From: an uncultured virus (IMG/VR IMGVR_UViG_3300013120_000767)
Taxonomy: Duplodnaviria; Heunggongvirae; Uroviricota; Caudoviricetes
Length of the DNA: 20,000 bases
Direction: 5' to 3' (one strand)
IMG/VR virus record: IMGVR_UViG_3300013120_000767
Location: 114,076 to 134,075 of that record
The position numbers and the translations under genes are program-made. The notes under the pieces were generated by a model. That model was not told where the DNA came from, searched no databases, and was given only the letters and a program-made list of their open reading frames with translations. Below, in pieces: positions 1 through 6,100 of the stretch. Within the stretch, counting starts at the first letter, position 1, and every line of letters starts with the position of its first letter.

Positions 1-128
1 GCCCGCACTGCGAAATCCGTCATGTTGAAGAATTTTCCGTCCTCGGGCCCTACAGGATAACCCGCCCTGTTGAGCTTTCCCTGTAACACCCGCACTTCCG
101 CGTGAATCGTTCCGTGCTTAAGAATCAT
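1..128 (-). CDS. N-terminal part of a peptidoglycan-binding-domain (PG_binding_1-like) protein, probably an endolysin or cell-wall hydrolase; runs off the left edge
   Basis: Not in the ORF track. Manual translation from ATG at 128 gives MILKHGTIHAEVRVLQGKLNRAGYPVGPEDGKFFNMTDFAVR..., which fits the PG_binding_1 pattern (L..G....V..LQ..L...GY.....DG.F...T..AV). SD AAGGAGG lies upstream (complement of 137-143). Confidence 0.8.
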   Translation of the reverse strand, partial: MILKHGTIHAEVRVLQGKLNRAGYPVGPEDGKFFNMTDFAVR

Positions 129-183
129 GTGTGGTCCCTCCTTTTGCGATTTCTTGACGGCCTGATTTAACCAGGTATCTTGG

Positions 184-297
184 CCTCCTCCCCCACCTCA
201 CGGTGGGGGATTCCTGTCCACACACTACCAATGTAAACTGTAGATGTCAAGCAAGTTGGGCGTCTCCTCGGTGGCCTGAAGGCGGGGGGTGTCCGCT
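184..297. mobile_element. Possible miniature non-autonomous IS200/IS605-family element (end-like palindromes, no coding region)
   Basis: Perfect hairpin tcccccacc-tcac-ggtggggga (189-210) within ctcctcccccacctcacggtgggggattcc. A second motif ctcctcggtggcctgaaggcggggggtgtccgc (264-296) follows. Both resemble the ctcctcccc...ctgaagg...ggggtttcc subterminal palindromes of IS605/IS1341-type elements. Confidence 0.45.
222..250 (-). promoter_or_regulatory. sigma70-type promoter pointing to the PG-binding gene
   Basis: Minus strand TTGACA (250-245), 17-bp spacer, TAGTGT (227-222). Confidence 0.65.
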
Positions 298-356
298 GCT
301 GGCGGAGTCGTAACTAACATGGAAGTACTGCGGGCACACCCCCCGATTGCGATTTC

Positions 357-384
357 TTGACGGCTTGATTTAACCGGGTATTAT
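357..384 (+). promoter_or_regulatory. sigma70-type promoter for the plus-strand head-gene operon
   Basis: TTGACG (357-362), 16-bp spacer, TATTAT (379-384); about 40 nt upstream of the ATG at 425. Confidence 0.6.
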
Positions 385-424
385 GGGGGGTGAGAAAGGC
401 AACCCCGCTCGGCGGAGGCGCTAC

Positions 425-1375
425 ATGATACAGTTGGATTATTACGATGACGGCGGTGAGTTCTTGGCCCAGACTGTGGGTGAGGGAAGGGAACTTGCCA
501 AGGTCGCCGCTCGTGGGATCTCTAAGGGGGTGCGGGTAGACAAGGCGGACCATAAGAAGTTCCCCGACCAGGAGTTCGCCCTGGTGCGGAAACAGAAAGG
601 CAAGGTTGTGGGAAGGTACTACCCGATTTCGGACCAGGCCAACGCCTTGGTTTCCATGTTCTATTTCCTACACACGGGCAAGAAGCTCCCCGAAGAAGTC
701 AGGGATGAGGTCAGCGCTCGACTCTTGACGGCGTTGAGGAAGTTCGGGCTCAAAGTGAAGGGCGGGGCCGACCTTTCCAAGACTGCCTCAGCGGAGTTTG
801 ACGAGGTACGAGAGCCAAAGGCTCGGCCTCAGCCGAAAAACTTCATCGTGGTGCGGGGGGCCAACGTCGGCTTTGACTCAAGAGACCAACTGGAGAAGCT
901 AGCCGCTAGCTTGGCCGGCCAGATAGGCGCTTTGCGCCCCTGCGAGAGGCGGTCGGTGGCTTTGCAGCTGCTGATGCACGGAGTAGAGGCCCCCGACCCA
1001 TTGAGCAAGTACGCTGCCGTAGATGAGAACACCAGTCGCCAGTTCCTGCTCGATCGGCGCCGTGCGTTCTTAGAGGCCCATCGGCCGGATGCGCTGAGCC
1101 TTTTTGACACCATCCTGGGAGAGCAGGACTTGGAGAAGCACGCCAGTATGTTGGACCAGTTGGACCAGGAGGTGTGCTTGAAGGGGCACCCGGACGCTTT
1201 CTTGACCACGTTCGGTCACCGGGAGGTGCCGCCCAAAGAGGAGGTCCCTGAAGACACCTTGGAGAAAGTGGCGGCGGTGATGGGCGCCACCGTGCGCAAC
1301 GCCGTAGCCACGGGGAACATAGGAATCCTGAGCCGTGAGCACCGTAGGGTGCTCACAACTATCATGGAGGAGTAG
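425..1375 (+). CDS. Phage hypothetical protein, probably internal head/scaffold, with a DUF6582-like N-terminal segment and K-x-A motifs
   Basis: Start moved from 383 to ATG 425 because GGAGG lies at 414-418 (316 aa). FPDQEFAL...RYYPISDQANALVSMFYF...EVRDEVSARLLTALRKFGL resembles the DUF6582 pattern as remembered. Six K-x-A-[AS] motifs. Confidence 0.7.
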   Translation: MIQLDYYDDGGEFLAQTVGEGRELAKVAARGISKGVRVDKADHKKFPDQEFALVRKQKGKVVGRYYPISDQANALVSMFYFLHTGKKLPEEVRDEVSARLLTALRKFGLKVKGGADLSKTASAEFDEVREPKARPQPKNFIVVRGANVGFDSRDQLEKLAASLAGQIGALRPCERRSVALQLLMHGVEAPDPLSKYAAVDENTSRQFLLDRRRAFLEAHRPDALSLFDTILGEQDLEKHASMLDQLDQEVCLKGHPDAFLTTFGHREVPPKEEVPEDTLEKVAAVMGATVRNAVATGNIGILSREHRRVLTTIMEE

Positions 1376-1377
1376 AC

Positions 1378-2133
1378 ATGCCGAGCAACAACTTTGGAGC
1401 GTTCCTGTCGATGAGTTACCACGGCTGGTTCACTGAGCGCCTGAAGGACGTCCGAAGCTACATCGACCGGGCGTTCATGAACAGCGAGGGTGGCCTCCAG
1501 CGGAACACCATCCCCTTCTTCTGCCTGGGGGACGGGCCCGCCGGGGATGACCAGCACCCGATCATTGTGGACGCTGTGGCCTCGCACGAGATTTACATCG
1601 GAGCCTACCAGATCAACTATGGCCTGGGTTACTGGGCCCCGAAGGCCGGCTTCCGCCTTTACGCCTTGGAGGGCAACACGGGGAAGGACTACAACCTGGT
1701 CATCAACGTTGCTGCCGGCGCCGCCTTTGTTTTGGCGTGGGCCGCTGCCACCGAGACCTTGACCATTTCCATCCCGAACGACGAGTCCGGGACCTTGGCT
1801 GGGTTGCGCACCGCCTTGCTGGCGGACGCCACCTTGCGGGAGATGTTTGCCGTGAGCGGCACGGATGCGGTCACCTTGGTTGCCGCCGACGTCATGGCCT
1901 CCACTGCCATCACTGCCCCGGGCACCTGGGGAACCGGCGTGGCGGGAATGGCGATGCTCGCCGACCTGTACTTCTCCCGGTTGGAGCCGAACTGGGCCAT
2001 GCTGCACATCCTGGCCGACCAGTTCAGCACGGCGCTGGACGCTTTCTTGCCCCTCACCCTTGTGGTTGAAGTGTGGAACGACGGCCAGCTCATGCAGTTC
2101 CACCACCTTGCCCAAGCCGAGGGCGCCGAGTAG
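1378..2133 (+). CDS. Hypothetical protein, probably virion structural (251 aa)
   Basis: SD GGAGGAG, 2-nt gap after the upstream gene, strong GC3 bias, Ala/Thr/Gly-rich middle part. Confidence 0.75.
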   Translation: MPSNNFGAFLSMSYHGWFTERLKDVRSYIDRAFMNSEGGLQRNTIPFFCLGDGPAGDDQHPIIVDAVASHEIYIGAYQINYGLGYWAPKAGFRLYALEGNTGKDYNLVINVAAGAAFVLAWAAATETLTISIPNDESGTLAGLRTALLADATLREMFAVSGTDAVTLVAADVMASTAITAPGTWGTGVAGMAMLADLYFSRLEPNWAMLHILADQFSTALDAFLPLTLVVEVWNDGQLMQFHHLAQAEGAE

Positions 2134-2142
2134 AGACGACAG

Positions 2143-2664
2143 GTGAAGCTGACTGATCCCGCACTCCACCCAGTGTTCTTGGCGTTCCTTTTGGACGAAG
2201 GGGGTGCTGGGTGGGTTGAGTGGGGGGCAGCGAAGCTGAGGTCGTTTGTCGGCCCTTGCTCCCAGGGCAATTGGAACAAGATTCAAGGGGCAAAGACCGT
2301 TCGCTGTTCCCACGCCGCATTTGATGACTTTCGGGTCTTTTCTCACGTGGTGCAGGCACTCAACGGCAGGACCCCTAACTTCTTGCTGTTGGAGCCCCCG
2401 AGCATCCCTGAGTTGGTGGGTGGGGCGCAGATGGTGATGTTGCTCGCGTTGCACACGGATAAGCAGTTCGCCCCCGAAGTTTATCGGTACGCAGCGGCCG
2501 TGAGCGACCTGCATGGGGCGGGGACTTTACCGGAACCGTTGAAAAAGTCTTCGGAGTATGTAAAGGTACCAATAAGGGCCCCCGGTCTCCGCGAGGAAGC
2601 TGCGGAGTATGTGGGGAAGTTGAACCGGGTGTTGATCGCCCAGATGGAGGCGCACGGTGGGTGA
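2143..2664 (+). CDS. Hypothetical protein (173 aa) directly upstream of the portal-like gene
   Basis: GTG start, tight operon packing, 8-nt overlap with the next CDS. Confidence 0.7.
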   Translation: MKLTDPALHPVFLAFLLDEGGAGWVEWGAAKLRSFVGPCSQGNWNKIQGAKTVRCSHAAFDDFRVFSHVVQALNGRTPNFLLLEPPSIPELVGGAQMVMLLALHTDKQFAPEVYRYAAAVSDLHGAGTLPEPLKKSSEYVKVPIRAPGLREEAAEYVGKLNRVLIAQMEAHGG

Positions 2665-4594
2665 AGGCAGAGTCAAATCGTTGCCGCAGAGGCGGCCGCC
2701 TTCCAAACTGGCCGCTTACGATCGGTCCCGGCTGACGTTGAGCAAGCCCCCGTCGCCTTTTTTGGATTACGCCAGTACAGTACTCCCCGACACCCTCCAT
2801 GAGGTATGGCGGTGGTGCGCCTACTTCGCCATCTTCAACCCCCTACTCAATGCTGCCATTGTCCGCAAAGCATTGTACCCGGTTACCGATCTCACTTTGC
2901 GGGGCGGGCTTCGGGAGTCTGAAATAGACGACTGGGTGGAGCTCCTGACGGAGTTTTTGGATATTCAGGCGTTGCGGGTGCAGATCAACCTTGACCTCTA
3001 TGTGTACGGGCACGCTGCAGTGTCGGTGATCGCCCCGTTCAACAAGTACTTCCTCTGCAAGAAGTGCGGGAAGCCTCACTTAGCCAAGATCGCCAAGTTC
3101 AAGGTGGACCCGTGGGACAAGTCCTTCCGGGTGCGTTGTGTGGTCTGCAAGAGCTACCAACGAGCAGTGGTCAGGGATTTCTACATCAAGGCGGGGAATC
3201 GCATCACCCTACGGCGGTGGGACCCCTTTGAGCTGTCGGTGAGGCGCGTCGGCTTCTCGTTGCAGCCTAAGTACCAGGTGGATTTCTCCAAAGAGTTTCG
3301 GAACCAGGTCAAGTTAGGGAAGCGGGAGGCCATTGCCGACACCCCGCAGGAGTTTGTTGAGGCCATCCTCCGTAATAAGAAGATGAACCTGTTCAATGAC
3401 CAGGTGTTCATCTTTGAGGAAACAGCGCTGACTCCTTCCACCTACAAGAAGTCCGTGCAGACCAGGGAAGGGTGGCCCTGGCCGACGTTGGCCGGGACGT
3501 TGCCTGACTGCTTCCATATGAAGATTGTTTTGAAAGCGGAGGAGGCGCTGGTGATGACTCAGCTCATCCCTTTCCGGATGATCACCCCGGCCGCTTCCGG
3601 AGATGCTGGGCACAGTGTGAACCTGTCCGGCGCCGCAAAGATGTGGATGGACAAGATGCGCAGCCAGCTGGAGACTTGGGAGCAGGACCCGGCCTCGGTG
3701 GCCATTTCCCCCATCCCGTCGCAGCTGCTCCAGTTCGGGGACCCCAATCGCCTGCTCATGCCTGACCAGCAGGTCAGGTTGCTGATGGAGCGTATCCTCA
3801 TTGGAGCGCGCACACCGGTCGAGTTCGTGTGGGGCGGCAAGTCGTGGTCGGGCGCTTCCCATTCTCTGCGGGCATTGGACACCGAGTTCATAGCGTTGAT
3901 GCACTTGCACAAGCGGTTCATTCGGTTCGTGATGAAGAAGTGCGCCTCCATTCTGGGCTGGGGGCTGCCCAACGAGGTCTTCCTCCAACCCATCATGTCC
4001 GGGGACGAGGTCCAGAAGCTCTCCATCCTGAGCGGCATGGCGGCCCAGGGCGGCCTGGCGTACCGGGTGGTGCACGAGCGAATGGGCCTTGACAGTGAGG
4101 CCGTTTGGGAAGCACAACTCGAGGAGCAGAAGATGCGAGTGCGCAACCAGGCGGCGATTCAGCGGTTGCAGGAGGAATTGGGGCTCGGCCCTCCACCGGG
4201 GCAGCCTCAACCTGGGCAGCCTCAACCTGGCCAGGAAGCACCGCCGGGAGGAGCCCCTGGAGAGGGACAGCCTCAACCCGGCCAGGAGGCTCAACCGGGG
4301 GAATCCCCCTTAGCGCCTCCCCCCGACCAGTTGTCGGGAACGCACGGGGTGATGGGAACGCCGGAGATACTCGCTATGGTGCCTCCCGAAGGTGTGGACC
4401 CGGGGGCAGTACACAAGATCAGCATGGCGCTGAAGCATCAGTCCCCCTTGCAGCGGGCTATGGTGTTGCAGGACATCGCCAACAAGAACATTGATATGCA
4501 CCGGGCGCTGATGGAGCAATTCAACCCCATGCAGCCGGTCATTGAAAGGCCCCTCCCTGAGCAGCTCCCGCCACGCAGAGCGGGGTACAGCTAA
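2657..4594 (+). CDS. Putative phage portal protein with an inserted CxxC..CxxC zinc ribbon and a Pro/Gln-rich tail (645 aa)
   Basis: SD GGAGG (2646-2650). Size and architecture are portal-like: N-terminal NPLLNAAI..YPVTDL helix, DLYVYGHAAV, GWPWPTL clip-like segment, ERILIGARTPVEFVWGG, then coiled coil and a low-complexity tail. Located in a structural cluster. Function is inferred. Confidence 0.6.
   Translation: MGEGRVKSLPQRRPPSKLAAYDRSRLTLSKPPSPFLDYASTVLPDTLHEVWRWCAYFAIFNPLLNAAIVRKALYPVTDLTLRGGLRESEIDDWVELLTEFLDIQALRVQINLDLYVYGHAAVSVIAPFNKYFLCKKCGKPHLAKIAKFKVDPWDKSFRVRCVVCKSYQRAVVRDFYIKAGNRITLRRWDPFELSVRRVGFSLQPKYQVDFSKEFRNQVKLGKREAIADTPQEFVEAILRNKKMNLFNDQVFIFEETALTPSTYKKSVQTREGWPWPTLAGTLPDCFHMKIVLKAEEALVMTQLIPFRMITPAASGDAGHSVNLSGAAKMWMDKMRSQLETWEQDPASVAISPIPSQLLQFGDPNRLLMPDQQVRLLMERILIGARTPVEFVWGGKSWSGASHSLRALDTEFIALMHLHKRFIRFVMKKCASILGWGLPNEVFLQPIMSGDEVQKLSILSGMAAQGGLAYRVVHERMGLDSEAVWEAQLEEQKMRVRNQAAIQRLQEELGLGPPPGQPQPGQPQPGQEAPPGGAPGEGQPQPGQEAQPGESPLAPPPDQLSGTHGVMGTPEILAMVPPEGVDPGAVHKISMALKHQSPLQRAMVLQDIANKNIDMHRALMEQFNPMQPVIERPLPEQLPPRRAGYS
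4199..4279 (+). repeat. 15-bp repeat encoding GQPQP in the portal-like tail
   Basis: gggcagcctcaacct twice in tandem (4199-4228) plus ggacagcctcaaccc (4265-4279). Confidence 0.9.
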
Positions 4595-4640
4595 AAAAGG
4601 GGGAAAGGGGGACGGTCCCCAGAACCGTCCCCCTCCCTTT
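4593..4640. terminator. Intrinsic terminator between convergent units, probably bidirectional
   Basis: 11-bp perfect stem agggggacggt (4606-4616) / accgtccccct (4624-4634), 7-nt loop, A6 tract on the left (U-tract for the minus strand) and ttt on the right. Confidence 0.8.
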
Positions 4641-4648
4641 GCCGGAAG

Positions 4649-4750
4649 TCAGCCGAACAGTGGAATTTCACCTTCCGGGTCCAGAAACCCGTCGATTAGC
4701 TCCCACAGCTCCCAGCCCACCTCCAGCCCCAGTAGAACAGCGTTGAACAT
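4649..4750 (-). CDS. Small acidic/hydrophobic protein (33 aa)
   Basis: MFNAVLLGLEVGWELWELIDGFLDPEGEIPLFG*, with GAGGT SD 6 nt upstream; ends just before the terminator. Below the ORF-track cutoff. Confidence 0.5.
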   Translation of the reverse strand: MFNAVLLGLEVGWELWELIDGFLDPEGEIPLFG

Positions 4751-4835
4751 CGGATTACCTCATAGGTTGAGGTTGCCGATGTCTCTCAGTCCCACCAGTT
4801 TGCGTCGCCTGGTCGGGCTGTGAGGGCTCTCTTTT

Positions 4836-5936
4836 TCAGAACCCTTCCTCCTCCTCGTCCACGACAAGTATGCCCTCCCTTGCGGACGTGGCGGCACGGT
4901 ACAGGTACCATGCCCTCTCGTGATCTTTCCACCAGGCTGGGGGCGGGAGCAGCACAACCCAGTCGGTGTCGTTCAGTGTGTAGACCGTCATGATGCGGCG
5001 GTCGCTCCCACGGGGGTAATTCAGGCCGGTGGGGGACCATACGGCATTGAGGTCCTTTTCCAGCACATCCATGGGTACCGTGTCCTTGGCAAAGTCCGAC
5101 ACGTAGTCACACTTGGCGAGTTCCTCAGCGGTCTTTTCCGGCGTGCCTCTCCGGAGATACCGTTCCCGAGTGAACTTCGTTTGGCAGGCTTCCAGGATGA
5201 GCCCGTAAGCTCGGTTGGGGCCATGCCGTGCTATGTCCGCCACGGTAGTGGCAAACACCCCAAAGTCATCTTTGGGGAAGCGATTGGGCGTTGCCCAATC
5301 AATCAACTCCATATCTGCCCAAGTTGGCACGACGACCGTAATCATTCGGGCATCCTCCTCGATGGCGTCCACCACTTGGATGATATCCTCATCTATCGGC
5401 AGCCACTGGTCCGGGTGGAACCCCAGCTCTCGTAGATTCCGCACGATCGTGAAAGGCAGAGAGACCTCGTTCTCTGCGGCGTTCATGAGCAGATTCGACA
5501 TCGCCCCCGGCCTTGGGGATCGGAACGGGTCCCCAACGAGGTGGATGGCCGATTTGAAACTTGCACCGAAGAATGAGTTACTTACGGTTTCGGCGTTGAC
5601 CAGGGTGACTTCGCAATCCGGGGGTACGATGTACTCCCAGGCCAACATGTAGGGGATGACTCCGGTGTCCTCAACTTCTTTCAGTACTGCCCGCCCGGCT
5701 TCGCTCCGCCCCACTTCTTCCTTCCCCCAGCCATAGGCTTCCCAGGGGGCCTTTCCGTAGTGGGCTTCAAAGAGCTTTATGGATTGGGCGTTGGAGATGA
5801 GGACCATCCCCTCTGGCAGGTGGTCTCGGAAGAATCGGGAGAATCCGCCCCTTCCTCCGATCACCCTCCCGTCGAGTTGTGTCTCGTCAAGCCGATGTGC
5901 TACCTGGCGAGTCACACTTGTGATGTCTAGTGCCAC
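4836..5936 (-). CDS. Hypothetical protein (366 aa) on the opposite strand to the structural genes
   Basis: GTG start with AGGAGGT SD (complement of 5944-5950), normal globular composition, acidic C-terminus. No family recognised. Confidence 0.8.
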   Translation of the reverse strand: MALDITSVTRQVAHRLDETQLDGRVIGGRGGFSRFFRDHLPEGMVLISNAQSIKLFEAHYGKAPWEAYGWGKEEVGRSEAGRAVLKEVEDTGVIPYMLAWEYIVPPDCEVTLVNAETVSNSFFGASFKSAIHLVGDPFRSPRPGAMSNLLMNAAENEVSLPFTIVRNLRELGFHPDQWLPIDEDIIQVVDAIEEDARMITVVVPTWADMELIDWATPNRFPKDDFGVFATTVADIARHGPNRAYGLILEACQTKFTRERYLRRGTPEKTAEELAKCDYVSDFAKDTVPMDVLEKDLNAVWSPTGLNYPRGSDRRIMTVYTLNDTDWVVLLPPPAWWKDHERAWYLYRAATSAREGILVVDEEEEGF

Positions 5937-6100
5937 ATTGTCTACCTCCTGTCTTATGCGGTTTTCTCCCCAATTCCACAGTGCCTGGTGTTTTTCTCGG
6001 CACTGTACATTGTTCTTATAGCGGGATTTGGCTGCCCTTTGCTACGCTTCTTTCTTTTTAGCGCCGGGTAGGTTAGACTACGGACTAGTGGAGGGAACCG

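Larger units (their letters stand above)
144..381 (+). repeat. Imperfect 35-bp direct repeat (144-178 and 347-381)
   Basis: ttgcgatttcttgacggcCtgatttaaccAggtat versus ttgcgatttcttgacggcTtgatttaaccGggtat; 33/35 identical. Confidence 0.95.

Noticed and set aside
144..381. 35-bp repeat pair as a CRISPR mini-array
   Set aside because: Only two copies, a 168-bp gap far longer than a spacer, promoter-like content and no cas genes in the window.
1216..2514. 432-aa minus-strand ORF
   Set aside because: Antisense to three well-packed plus-strand genes; shadow composition.
3314..4294. 326-aa minus-strand ORF
   Set aside because: Antisense to the portal-like gene; no independent support.
6051..6079. 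sigma70 promoter for the RNAP gene (TAGACT at 6074-6079)
   Set aside because: The -10 is plausible but the -35 (TTTCTT) is poor and there is no TG extension, so it is not called.
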